From Flavobacteriaceae bacterium (lineage in GTDB: Bacteria > Bacteroidota > Bacteroidia > Flavobacteriales > Flavobacteriaceae): a stretch of 32,000 bases of DNA. Below are positions 16,076 to 25,207 of this stretch, piece after piece (within the stretch, counting starts at the first letter, position 1; each line of letters begins with the position of its first letter). Below the pieces are notes generated by a model, which worked only from the letters and a program-made list of their open reading frames with translations, made no database searches and was not told the DNA's origin. Both the position numbers and the translations under genes were made by a program. Where the stretch lies: positions 1,500,001 to 1,532,000 of the forward strand of contig OZ245049.1 in the NCBI GenBank assembly GCA_965224465.1, read 5' to 3'.

Positions 16076-16723
16076 ATGGAAAAAGACCTCAGTAATTACA
16101 GAAAATCCTATACAAAAAGCAACTTACTTGAATCTGAAGTTTGCGAAAACCCCATGGAGCTATTTCAAAAATGGTTTTATGAAGTAGAAGCATATGGAGG
16201 AGACATAGAAACCAATGCTATGACTATTGCGACCTTAGGTAAAGATGGCTATCCAAAAAACCGCATTGTATTGCTTAAAAGATTTACGTGGGAAGGGTTT
16301 TATTTTTACACCAATTACGACAGTGAAAAAGGAAAAGCAATTGAAGAAAACCCCAACGTATGTCTTTCCTTCTTTTGGCATACCATAGAGCGACAAGTAA
16401 TTATAAAAGGAACCGCTACAAAAATAGCTGCAAACATGAGTGATGGTTATTTTGAAAGCAGACCCGACGGCAGTAAACTAGGTGCTTGGGCATCTAACCA
16501 AAGTGAAGTAGTTAAAGACAGAAAAGAGTTAGAAGACACATTAAAAGAGTTTGAAGAAAAATTTGAAAACTCAGAAATACCGAGACCTACACATTGGGGA
16601 GGCTATCTTGTAAACCCAATATCCATAGAATTCTGGCAAGGAAGACCTAATAGATTACACGACAGAATACGGTATACTTTACAAGAAAATTACGATTGGA
16701 AAATAGACCGATTGGCACCTTAA
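16076..16723 (+). CDS. pdxH: pyridoxamine 5'-phosphate oxidase
   Basis: 215 aa. NAMTIATL...P..RIVLLK......F.FYTNY.S.KG..I..NP.V.L.F.W....RQV.I.G......S..YF.SRP..S..GAWAS.QS......IEFWQGRP.RLHDR are the classic PdxH blocks. Confidence 0.93.
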   Translation: MEKDLSNYRKSYTKSNLLESEVCENPMELFQKWFYEVEAYGGDIETNAMTIATLGKDGYPKNRIVLLKRFTWEGFYFYTNYDSEKGKAIEENPNVCLSFFWHTIERQVIIKGTATKIAANMSDGYFESRPDGSKLGAWASNQSEVVKDRKELEDTLKEFEEKFENSEIPRPTHWGGYLVNPISIEFWQGRPNRLHDRIRYTLQENYDWKIDRLAP

Positions 16724-16793
16724 TAAAATAATTCAGTAACTTGTTTGCTAAAGACATAAAGCAATCCGGTTTAAATATATCAAAAAACATGTT

Positions 16794-17282
16794 ATGAAGA
16801 CCCTTTATATAGTAAGGCATGCAAAATCATCGTGGAAATACGAAGGAATAAAGGATATAGATCGCCCCTTAAAAAAAAGAGGCATAAAAGACGCCTATTT
16901 AATATCAAAAATACTAAAAGAAAAAATTACACGTCCAGATGTATTTATAGCAAGTAGTGCTAACAGAGCATTGCATACTGGAATTATCTTTACAGATACT
17001 TTTGGTTACCCGTTAGCAAATTTAAGGATTAGTCGTTCTTTATACAGTTTCAGTGATGGATACCTTATCAAAACAGTGAAAGCACTAGATGATAGTTTTG
17101 ACAGTGCTATTATATTTAGTCATGACCACGGTATTAATAGTTTTGTAAATATTTTTGGAAGTAAACTAATAGACCATGTTCCTACCTGCGGTGTTGTAGG
17201 CATTCAATTTAAAACAAAGCACTGGAAAAACATAAAAAACGGAACAACACTTATCACAGAATTCCCATCTTATTATAAATAA
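16794..17282 (+). CDS. histidine phosphatase family protein (SixA-like)
   Basis: 162 aa. LYIVRHAKS (RHG/RHA motif), DRPL..RG, and later SHDHG. The small size is typical of SixA-type phosphatases, and it is adjacent to ppx. Confidence 0.75.
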   Translation: MKTLYIVRHAKSSWKYEGIKDIDRPLKKRGIKDAYLISKILKEKITRPDVFIASSANRALHTGIIFTDTFGYPLANLRISRSLYSFSDGYLIKTVKALDDSFDSAIIFSHDHGINSFVNIFGSKLIDHVPTCGVVGIQFKTKHWKNIKNGTTLITEFPSYYK

Positions 17283-17288
17283 ACTACT

Positions 17289-18188
17289 TTGAAACTAACA
17301 CTAAAAAAACTTGCTGCAATAGATATTGGTTCAAATGCCATAAGGCTTTTAATTTCAAATGTAATCCAAGACCCTTCATTAAAAACACCACTATTTAAGA
17401 AATGTGCATTGGTACGCGTTCCCATCCGATTGGGAAGTGACACTTTTATTAAGGGAGAAATTTCAAAAAAAAACACGGAGCGCATGATAAAAGCCATGCA
17501 AGCGTTTAAATTATTAATGGAAGTTCATGGTGTGGAAGACTACAAGGCATGTGCTACTTCTGCCATGAGAGAAGCATCCAATGGTAAATTTGTAGTTGAT
17601 AAAATAGTAGAGAGCACAGGTATTAAAATTGATATCATTGACGGAAAAAAAGAAGCCGCCATTATTTTCTCTACAGATTTAAGTGATTTTATAGAAAAAG
17701 ACAAATCTTATTTATATGTAGATGTAGGTGGTGGAAGCACCGAATTTACCGTTTTTTCTAAAGGAGAAATTATCAATTCAAAATCATTTAAAATAGGAAC
17801 GGTACGCCTTTTAAATACAAACGGCGTAGCAGAAGACATTTGGGACACCATTCAGGAATGGATTCATAGCAATACAAAAAACCTTAAAAACGTACATTTG
17901 ATAGGTTCTGGAGGAAATATTAATAAAATATTCAAACTTTCAGGAAAGCCTTACGGAACCCCCCTTTCATTTATGTATATGAAAGCACATTATAACTACT
18001 TAGAACAATTAACATACAATCAGAGGATTTTAAAACTAGGCTTAAATCCCGACAGAGCAGACGTAATTCTCCCTGCAACAAAAATCTACCTAAGCGCAAT
18101 GAAATGGAGTGGTGCAAGCAAAATATATGTGCCAAAAATCGGGTTATCAGACGGTTTGATCAAAGGACTCTATTACAATAGAGAATAA
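17289..18188 (+). CDS. ppx: Ppx/GppA-family exopolyphosphatase (short form)
   Basis: 299 aa. AAIDIGSNAIRLLI, ATSAMREA.NG, and DVGGGSTEF are the ASKHA phosphate-binding motifs of Ppx/GppA. Apparent TTG start at 17289. Confidence 0.8.
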   Translation: MKLTLKKLAAIDIGSNAIRLLISNVIQDPSLKTPLFKKCALVRVPIRLGSDTFIKGEISKKNTERMIKAMQAFKLLMEVHGVEDYKACATSAMREASNGKFVVDKIVESTGIKIDIIDGKKEAAIIFSTDLSDFIEKDKSYLYVDVGGGSTEFTVFSKGEIINSKSFKIGTVRLLNTNGVAEDIWDTIQEWIHSNTKNLKNVHLIGSGGNINKIFKLSGKPYGTPLSFMYMKAHYNYLEQLTYNQRILKLGLNPDRADVILPATKIYLSAMKWSGASKIYVPKIGLSDGLIKGLYYNRE

Positions 18189-18333
18189 ATAGTTTCGGAA
18201 TTTTACTTTTTTTTTAAAAAAATTAACTAATTTTAGGAAAAATTGTGACTATTAATATAATGAAGTGTCTAAAAAAATAAGACCAATATATTATATTAAA
18301 CATCAACCTATTATTAATTAAAATTCTAAGAAA

Positions 18334-19995
18334 ATGAAAAAAAACCTACTTTCATGTATGCTTTTTATCCTTGGGGCATCTTTGACGGCTCAAGATTTAC
18401 CGTCTAACCCAGAACCTGGAAAATGTTACGTTCGATGCAAAACTCCAGATGTGTGGAAAAACGAAACTGTTTCCATTCAAGTTGCACCAGCATACAAAAA
18501 AATTAGTACGAACCCTGCTCAATACAAAAGCGAAACATTTACAGTAACAGGTAAAGAACCTGGACAAACGTTGCGTGTAGTTCCTGCAGTATTTAAAAAT
18601 GAAAATTTCCAAGTGACTACAGAAGAAGCTTCTTATGGTTTGCAAGTAATTAGTCCTAGCAAAAGAAAGTCTGAAAATCAAACTATTGTTACAGAAGAAG
18701 ATTCTTACCGTTTAGTAATTATACCTGCAGTTTATGAAAATAAAAGTTTCACCATTGAAATGCAACCAGCTTATAAAAAATTAGTTGTTGTACCTGCAGT
18801 GTACCAAACTAAAACTAAATCTGTTGTTTGTCAAACTTCTTCTACTCGTTTAGAAGTCGTTCCTGGAGCATGGGGTACAGAACAAGTATCTTACCGCGCA
18901 AAAGAATTTGGAACAACATTAAGCGTAGTTCCCGCATCTTTTGGAAACGGTTCTAAAACAATCGAAGTAAAAGCGGCAACAGCTGTATGGCAAATGAGCG
19001 ACGTAGCTCCTGACTGTCAATCAAGTGATCCTAACGACTGTCGTTATTGGTGTTACAAGCCAATCCCAGCACAATTCACCACTATTTCACAACAAACATT
19101 AGTAAGAGATGCCTCTGTTGTAAGAAATAATGTATGTGATGATCCGGACTGTGGTCAAGCTACCTATACTAAAAAAATAATGACTAGAAAACCTAGTACG
19201 CGAAGTATTGCTATTCCTGAAATTGTAAAAACATATACAACTAGGGTAATGGTGACACCTCCTACGACAAGAGAAATTGTAGTTCCTGCAATAGTTAAAA
19301 CATTTACAAAAAGAGTAATGGTAACTCCTCCTACAACGAGAAAAGTTAACATCTCTGGTAAATCTAGAACCATTACAAAGACGGCGTACAACTCTGCAAC
19401 TACAAGACGCATTGACTACCCTTCTAAAGCTAGAACTATGGTAAGAACCAAATTGGTTTCTGCTGCAACTTCTATACCTACAACTATTCCAAGTAAAAAC
19501 ATCACATTAAAAAGAAGAAAATTAGTAAAAGATGCTTGGTCTAATGAGATTTCTATTCCTGCTAGATATTCTACAGTAACAAAAGAAATATTAATCACCA
19601 AAGGAGGTTTGACTACATGGAAAGAAGTTGATTGTAAGTTAACAGTAAACAGTCCATTACCTATCAAATGGAACTTAGGGTCTGCAACCTTAACTTCTAC
19701 TGCTAAAGGACTTATTAACACTCGATTATTGCCAATTTTAAGAAATGGTGTAGCTGTAGCTATTGAATCTCACACAGATTCAAGAGGTTCTAAAACTAGC
19801 AACCAAAACTTATCTGAACGTAGAGCAAGAGCTGTTGTTAACTATTTAATTTCAAAAGGAATTAATTCGAGTAAACTAACTGCTAATGGTTACGGAGAAA
19901 ACAGATTGACAAACAGATGTTCTGATGGCGTTTCATGTAACGAAAGAGAACACCAACAAAACAGAAGAACTACTTTTAGAGTTATCAACCAATAA
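18334..19995 (+). CDS. OmpA-family protein with a long repetitive N-terminal region
   Basis: 553 aa. Signal peptide, then about 430 aa of repeated (V/I)(V/I)PAxYxx... modules. C-terminal OmpA peptidoglycan-binding domain (ESHTDSRGS...NQNLSERRARAVVNYL...GYGE...NRRTTFRV). Confidence 0.85.
   Translation: MKKNLLSCMLFILGASLTAQDLPSNPEPGKCYVRCKTPDVWKNETVSIQVAPAYKKISTNPAQYKSETFTVTGKEPGQTLRVVPAVFKNENFQVTTEEASYGLQVISPSKRKSENQTIVTEEDSYRLVIIPAVYENKSFTIEMQPAYKKLVVVPAVYQTKTKSVVCQTSSTRLEVVPGAWGTEQVSYRAKEFGTTLSVVPASFGNGSKTIEVKAATAVWQMSDVAPDCQSSDPNDCRYWCYKPIPAQFTTISQQTLVRDASVVRNNVCDDPDCGQATYTKKIMTRKPSTRSIAIPEIVKTYTTRVMVTPPTTREIVVPAIVKTFTKRVMVTPPTTRKVNISGKSRTITKTAYNSATTRRIDYPSKARTMVRTKLVSAATSIPTTIPSKNITLKRRKLVKDAWSNEISIPARYSTVTKEILITKGGLTTWKEVDCKLTVNSPLPIKWNLGSATLTSTAKGLINTRLLPILRNGVAVAIESHTDSRGSKTSNQNLSERRARAVVNYLISKGINSSKLTANGYGENRLTNRCSDGVSCNEREHQQNRRTTFRVINQ
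19207..19344 (+). repeat. in-frame tandem duplication, 2 x 69 nt, inside the OmpA-family gene
   Basis: IAIPEIVKTYTTRVMVTPPTTRE (19207-19275) followed by IVVPAIVKTFTKRVMVTPPTTRK (19276-19344). The DNA copies are clearly alignable, e.g. gtaatggtNacNcctcctacNacNagaRaa. Confidence 0.75.
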
Positions 19996-20018
19996 AGTAC
20001 ACTTCTTTAAATTATTTT

Positions 20019-20043
20019 AAACCCGCCTTTTGGCGGGTTTTTT
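20019..20043 (+). terminator. rho-independent terminator of the OmpA-family gene
   Basis: aaacccgcc tttt ggcgggttt followed by ttt. GC-rich 9-bp stem, 4-nt loop and a T-run, 24 nt after the stop. Confidence 0.85.
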
Positions 20044-20121
20044 GTGTTTATAGCAAACCCTGCCTATTATCATTTTATATCCAGTTAATTTTTTCTAATT
20101 TCGATTGTTTAAACAAACTGT

Positions 20122-20685
20122 ATGAAAAAAAGTTACTTCGTAAGACATGGAGAAAGCAAACACAATGCACAAGGACTGTACGCAGGAACAATAAACAGTC
20201 CCTTAACCAAGTTAGGCGTAGCACAAGCCAAACAAACAGGCATGGCACTGAAAGGTAAAAACATCACACATATCATCTGTTCTCGACTGGACAGAGCAAA
20301 AAATACTGCCATTGAAATTCAAAAAATCATCTGTACAGAAAAAAAGGTTCCTATACATTACATCCCTGAATTACGCGAGGTGGATTTCGGAGATATTCAA
20401 AATAAAAAGATACAAGACATCGACGGATTGATCTACGGTATAGAAAGTGGAACAGGCGACACCATAGATGCATTGTATTCCAGGGCAAAAAAGATGCTTC
20501 AACTAATTGCTGAAACAGACACGCTCGAGAATGTTTTAATTGTAGGACATGGTGCTTTTACAGCGGTTATTTTTGCCATTTACGAAGGCATCGAAAAACA
20601 TCAGTTTATTGATTATAAACGATTATGGAGATTTGAAAACGGAGAATTAAAACAATTAGAGAACAAACAACTTAAAAAAACGTAG
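20122..20685 (+). CDS. histidine phosphatase family protein (phosphoglycerate mutase-like)
   Basis: 187 aa. YFVRHGESKHN (RHGE motif), S.L.RA..TA, and VGHG near the C-terminus. Confidence 0.8.
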   Translation: MKKSYFVRHGESKHNAQGLYAGTINSPLTKLGVAQAKQTGMALKGKNITHIICSRLDRAKNTAIEIQKIICTEKKVPIHYIPELREVDFGDIQNKKIQDIDGLIYGIESGTGDTIDALYSRAKKMLQLIAETDTLENVLIVGHGAFTAVIFAIYEGIEKHQFIDYKRLWRFENGELKQLENKQLKKT

Positions 20686-20785
20686 CAGTAAAAAGCTAAG
20701 ATAGCTACAAAAACCACCAGGCATCCATCCGTAAAAATTTGTTTTTACTTCAATATCAGCTACAAAAATTCAGCATTGATTGTAA

Positions 20786-20822
20786 TAAAAAAGCCTCAAG
20801 AAAAATCTTGAGGCTTTTTTAT
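20786..20822. terminator. bidirectional rho-independent terminator
   Basis: aaaaa aagcctcaaga aaaa tcttgaggctt ttttt. Perfect 11-bp stem with A-run and T-run flanks, between convergent genes (20685 + end, 20850 - end). Confidence 0.8.
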
Positions 20823-20849
20823 ATGATCGTATTTAAGCATTTATACCAA

Positions 20850-21311
20850 TTACAATACACTTTCTAATAAATTAAAATGCTTTGTTGTATCATGTATATA
20901 ATTAAATCCACTTTCACGTCCAGACTCTTTCCCTTTTGTATTTAACAACAAAACCGTTGGAAAACTTGACACTTGAAACTTGGACTTCAAAGCAAGGTTA
21001 TCTTTCTTTTGAGAACTAGAAATTAAATCTCTATTTCTAGGGAAATTAGCTTCATACATCACAAAATTTTCCGTGGATATATCTTTAAATTTTTTACTGC
21101 TAAAAAAGTCTTTTACTAATAATTTACAAGGACCGCACCAATCAGATCCCGTAAAGAAAACTAACAAAGGTTTCCCTTCTTTTTTTGATTCTCGTTTTGC
21201 CTCACTATAATCGTCAAACCATTTCACTCCATGTTTTTCGGTCGTTTGAGCAATTGTCGATAGTGTACTAAACAAAAATACTACTAAAACCAACGTCATT
21301 TTTTTCATCAT
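20850..21311 (-). CDS. secreted thioredoxin-family protein
   Basis: 153 aa. N-terminal signal peptide and FTGSDWCGPCK (WCGPC active site). Confidence 0.82.
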   Translation of the reverse strand: MMKKMTLVLVVFLFSTLSTIAQTTEKHGVKWFDDYSEAKRESKKEGKPLLVFFTGSDWCGPCKLLVKDFFSSKKFKDISTENFVMYEANFPRNRDLISSSQKKDNLALKSKFQVSSFPTVLLLNTKGKESGRESGFNYIHDTTKHFNLLESVL

Positions 21312-21374
21312 TCAGGGTTTTAAAAATGTAATTAAACAACAATTATACCAAAAATATAACATTTATTAAAATAA

Positions 21375-22187
21375 TTAATACACTTTAACAAATTCTTCAA
21401 CCAACTCACCTACAATCTTTTCAGCAATTTTCGCTACTTTCTGAACTTCTTCGTGAGAAACAGCTTCTACCTGACCTTCAATTCCAAGATCTGTAATCAC
21501 AGAAATCCCAAAACACTCCATCCCCATATGTTTCGCTACAATCACTTCTGGAACCGTAGACATTCCAACTGCATTTGCCCCCATTAATTTTACCATTTTA
21601 TATTCCGCAGGCGTTTCGAAAGTAGGACCTTGTAGGGCTAAATAAATTCCTTTTTTTAATGTAATTCCTAAAGACGCAGCTACTTGCTCTGCTTTGGCAA
21701 TCATTTTTAAACTATACGGTTCGTGCATATCTACAAAACGAGGACCAAAACGTTCCTCATTTTTACCGCGTAAAGGATGTTCCGGAATCATATTAATATG
21801 ATCAGATATAATCATAATATCCCCTACTTTAAAGTCAGCTTCTACTCCACCAGCGGCATTTGAAACAATCAATTGATCTATCCCTAATAACTTCATCACT
21901 CTAATAGGAAATACCGTCTCTTGAATACTCCATCCTTCATAAAAATGAAAACGCCCCTTCATCGCCAAAACCAGTTTTCCTCCTAATTTACCATAGTATA
22001 ATTCTCCCGAATGACCTTCAACTGTTGATACAGGGAAATTAGGAATTTCGTTATATGGTATTTTCACTAAGCACTCAATTTTAGAAGTTAAATTTCCTAA
22101 ACCAGAACCTAACACAATTCCAAAATCAACATCTTTTATTCCTTTTCCCTTTAAAAATTTAACGGTCTCCTCTACTCTGTTCCACAT
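21375..22187 (-). CDS. purine nucleoside phosphorylase (trimeric PNP type)
   Basis: 270 aa. GIVLGSGLG, STV.GHSG.L..G.L.G, GRFH.YEG, VGMSTVPEV and ISVITD are the conserved blocks of PNP-I/PunA-type enzymes. Confidence 0.9.
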   Translation of the reverse strand: MWNRVEETVKFLKGKGIKDVDFGIVLGSGLGNLTSKIECLVKIPYNEIPNFPVSTVEGHSGELYYGKLGGKLVLAMKGRFHFYEGWSIQETVFPIRVMKLLGIDQLIVSNAAGGVEADFKVGDIMIISDHINMIPEHPLRGKNEERFGPRFVDMHEPYSLKMIAKAEQVAASLGITLKKGIYLALQGPTFETPAEYKMVKLMGANAVGMSTVPEVIVAKHMGMECFGISVITDLGIEGQVEAVSHEEVQKVAKIAEKIVGELVEEFVKVY

Positions 22188-23205
22188 AATTACTTATTAT
22201 TTGATTAAAATCACCTTGATGACTTAGCATTTTTATTTTGATTGAAATGTAGGATAAGTTAGCAATTTTATCCTTTAAACGAACATAATCTTTTTCTGTA
22301 GTTATTATAATTTTCTTTCTTCCTGTTTCTTCCGACACTTCTTTATTAATTCTTAAAATGTCTTCTGATGTAAAATGATGATGATCTGGGAATTTCAAAT
22401 GCTTATAATTCAAATTATTATCAGACAGATGCACTAGTAAAGGAGATGGATTTGCGATTCCTGTCACTAAAATTATTTTATAGTGTATCAAATCTACAAT
22501 AGGCACTTGTTTTTCACCTTGAAGTTGCTCATCGTACAGAATAGTACTAAAAAATACCGTTTGATACAGCTCAGGATTTAACCTAATAGCCAATTGGTTT
22601 TGATGTTCCAAACTCAGGTTTGAAGGACATTTTGTGACCACAATAATTTGAGCTCTTTTTGCTCCCGTAACTGTTTCACGTAGGTTTCCCGTAGGAAGAA
22701 CAGCATCATCTATATACAAATCCTGATATGGAGTCAACAAAATATTAAACCCTCCCACTACTTTTCTATGTTGAAAAGCATCGTCTAACAACACCAATTC
22801 TGGTGGCGTATCAAATGTTAATAAGCGTTGTATTCCCGCAACTCTATTTGCATCTACAGCAACATAAATAGAAGGAAATTTTAAATAAAACTGATAAGGC
22901 TCATCACCTAATTCAGCAACAGATACATCTTGACCTGCCAACAAAAAGCCTTTGCTTTTTCTTTTATATCCCCTACTTAATACAGCCACTTTATACGATT
23001 CTTTAAACAAACGTATCAAATATTCAATTTGTGGTGTTTTTCCTGTTCCTCCGACACTCAAATTCCCCACAACTATCGTTGGGATTTTAAAGCGTGTTGA
23101 TTTTTTTATACCCGCATCGTACAGCCAATTTCTAGCAGTCGTTATCATCCCATACAACAAGGAAAATGGGTACACTATTTTTCTAATAAAACTCACTAAA
23201 TGCAA
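22159..23205 (-). CDS. lpxK: tetraacyldisaccharide 4'-kinase
   Basis: 348 aa. P-loop VGNLSVGGTGKTP, then LSRGYKRKSKG and LDDAFQHR. Its 3' end overlaps the PNP start by 29 nt. Confidence 0.9.
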   Translation of the reverse strand: MHLVSFIRKIVYPFSLLYGMITTARNWLYDAGIKKSTRFKIPTIVVGNLSVGGTGKTPQIEYLIRLFKESYKVAVLSRGYKRKSKGFLLAGQDVSVAELGDEPYQFYLKFPSIYVAVDANRVAGIQRLLTFDTPPELVLLDDAFQHRKVVGGFNILLTPYQDLYIDDAVLPTGNLRETVTGAKRAQIIVVTKCPSNLSLEHQNQLAIRLNPELYQTVFFSTILYDEQLQGEKQVPIVDLIHYKIILVTGIANPSPLLVHLSDNNLNYKHLKFPDHHHFTSEDILRINKEVSEETGRKKIIITTEKDYVRLKDKIANLSYISIKIKMLSHQGDFNQIISNYVEQSRGDR

Positions 23206-23242
23206 ATTTACGAAACAATTTTTAATATTCGTTTTAAATATT

Positions 23243-23250
23243 TAACTTTG
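23243..23250 (+). promoter_or_regulatory. candidate -7 box (TAacTTTG) for the Nif3/COG1579 operon
   Basis: Perfect TAnnTTTG match 34 nt upstream of the ATG at 23285, in the divergent lpxK/nif3 spacer. Confidence 0.35.
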
Positions 23251-23284
23251 ATATCTAAATCAAACAAAAAAAAATAGCATCTCA

Positions 23285-24379
23285 ATGATCATAAAGGACA
23301 TTACCTCCTACTTAGAAGAATTAAGCCCGTTAAACTATGCCGAAAGCTTTGACAATGTAGGCTTGTTGATTGGAAACTATCAAACAAAAGTTACAGGTGT
23401 TTTGGTTACTTTAGATACACTTGAAAATATTGTAGAAGAAGCCATCGAAAAAAAATGCAATTTGATTATAAGTTTTCATCCAATTATATTTTCTGGACTC
23501 AAAAAAATAAACGGAAATTCTTATGTAGAACGTGTTGTATTAAAAGCGATAAAAAATGATATTGCCATTTATAGTATGCACACAGCTCTAGACAATTCTT
23601 TTGAAGGAGTAAGCGCAAAAATATGTGAAGTACTAGGGCTTCAAAACAAAAAAATACTTATTCCACAACAAAATACTATAAAAAAATTAACTACTTACGT
23701 TCCTACTTCTTCATTAGAAAAAGTACGAGCAGCATTATTTAATGCTGGTGCTGGAGAACTTGGAAACTACAGTAATTGTAGTTTTACCACCGCTGGAAAT
23801 GGTACTTTTAAAGGTGGTTTAGGCTCAAATCCTACCATAGGTGAACGAAACACCCTACATACAGAACCCGAGTTTTTATTAAGTATCACCTTCGAAAAGC
23901 ATCAGGAGTCAACTATTTTATCCGCACTTTTTAACACACATCCTTATGAAGAAGTGGCCTATGAAATCATTTCACTGCATAATATCAATCAAAAAATAGG
24001 TATGGGAATGGTTGGAGAATTACCTCATGAAATGGAAGAATTAGATTTTCTAAAAACATTAAAAACAACCATGTTTGCCAACGGAATTAGGCATTCAAAA
24101 CTCTTAAACAAACCTATAAAAAAAGTAGCAGTACTAGGAGGTTCGGGAAGTTTTGCTATCAAAAATGCCCTCAAAGTAAAAGCAGATATATATATTACTG
24201 CCGACATAAAATACCATGAATTTTACCAAGCAGAAAACCAATTAATTATTGCAGATATAGGCCACTATGAAAGTGAACAATTCACAAAAAACTTATTAGT
24301 TGACCAACTTACGAAAAAATTTCATAATTTTGCAATCATTTTATCAGATAGAAATACGAATCCAATTCATTATTTATAA
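23285..24379 (+). CDS. Nif3-like dinuclear metal centre protein (long form with inserted PII-like domain)
   Basis: 364 aa. AESFDNVGLL.G, ISFHP.IF, Y..HT.LDN, ...GHY.SE. Length and insert are as in long Nif3/YqfO-type proteins. Confidence 0.88.
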   Translation: MIIKDITSYLEELSPLNYAESFDNVGLLIGNYQTKVTGVLVTLDTLENIVEEAIEKKCNLIISFHPIIFSGLKKINGNSYVERVVLKAIKNDIAIYSMHTALDNSFEGVSAKICEVLGLQNKKILIPQQNTIKKLTTYVPTSSLEKVRAALFNAGAGELGNYSNCSFTTAGNGTFKGGLGSNPTIGERNTLHTEPEFLLSITFEKHQESTILSALFNTHPYEEVAYEIISLHNINQKIGMGMVGELPHEMEELDFLKTLKTTMFANGIRHSKLLNKPIKKVAVLGGSGSFAIKNALKVKADIYITADIKYHEFYQAENQLIIADIGHYESEQFTKNLLVDQLTKKFHNFAIILSDRNTNPIHYL

Positions 24380-24381
24380 AC

Positions 24382-25155
24382 ATGGCTAAAAGCAAAGAAG
24401 TTACCGTTGAAGAAAAATTAAGAGCTCTCTATGACTTACAAATCATCGATTCAAGAATAGATGAAATTAAAAGTGTCCGAGGAGAACTTCCTTTAGAGAT
24501 CGAAGATTTAGAGGATGAAATAGTCGGTTTAAACAAAAGAGTATCTAATTTTAACGAAGAAGTATCTAACTTAAAAGAAGAGATCAGCAACAAAAAACTT
24601 GCCATTGAGGAGGCTAAAGAATTAACGAAAAAATACACCGAACAACAAAAAAACGTTCGTAACAATCGTGAATTCAATTCTATTTCTAAAGAAATGGAAT
24701 ATCAAGAACTTGAAATAGAGTTGAGTGAAAAGCGCATCAAGGAATACAAAGTAAAAATTATTCAGAAAAAAGAGGTGATTACTTCAACTAATGAAAAGTT
24801 AAGTCGTCAAGAAACTCATTTAGGACATAAAAAATCTGAATTAAAAGACATCGTTGTTGAGACCGAGAAAGAAGAAAAACTTTTAACCTCTAAATTAGAG
24901 GAATTCACACTGACGATTGATGCACATTTATTAAAAGCATATAAAAGAATCAGATCTAGTGTGAAAAACGGCTTGGCTGTTGTACCAATCGAAAGAGGAG
25001 CATCTGGAGGTTCTTATTTCACCATTCCACCGCAAAGACAAGCAGAAATAGCGAGTCGTAAAAAAATCATCACAGATGAGCACAGTGGTCGAATTTTGGT
25101 TGATTCTGTACTGGCAGAAGAAGAGCAAGAAAAAATGTCAAAACTTTTTTCTTAG
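24382..25155 (+). CDS. COG1579-type coiled-coil protein (the usual Nif3 neighbour), zinc-ribbon cysteines absent
   Basis: 257 aa. Long heptad-rich region (LRALYDLQ.ID..I), REFN...KE, then a C-terminal module ...GASGGSYFTIPPQ...DEHSGRIL. Starts 2 nt after the Nif3 stop. Confidence 0.7.
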   Translation: MAKSKEVTVEEKLRALYDLQIIDSRIDEIKSVRGELPLEIEDLEDEIVGLNKRVSNFNEEVSNLKEEISNKKLAIEEAKELTKKYTEQQKNVRNNREFNSISKEMEYQELEIELSEKRIKEYKVKIIQKKEVITSTNEKLSRQETHLGHKKSELKDIVVETEKEEKLLTSKLEEFTLTIDAHLLKAYKRIRSSVKNGLAVVPIERGASGGSYFTIPPQRQAEIASRKKIITDEHSGRILVDSVLAEEEQEKMSKLFS

Positions 25156-25171
25156 TCCAATTTCTAAACAT

Positions 25172-25207
25172 AAAAAAAGCGTTCAATTAATTGAACGCTT
25201 TTTTTAT
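25172..25207. terminator. bidirectional rho-independent terminator
   Basis: aaaaaa agcgttcaatt aattgaacgct ttttttt. An 11-bp perfect palindromic arm pair between convergent genes. It overlaps the stop of the methyltransferase gene. Confidence 0.78.

Noticed and set aside
19207-19344. Diversity-generating retroelement (template/variable repeat pair) as the explanation for the OmpA tandem repeat
   Set aside because: There is no reverse transcriptase or accessory gene in the window. The two copies are adjacent and in frame within one gene, and their differences are not adenine-specific.
18397-19721. Several 80-100-aa minus-strand ORFs (18397-18681, 19164-19412, 19416-19721) inside the OmpA-family gene
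   Set aside because: They are antisense to a well-supported CDS with a signal peptide and an OmpA domain. They arise from the repetitive codon usage and have no recognisable motifs.
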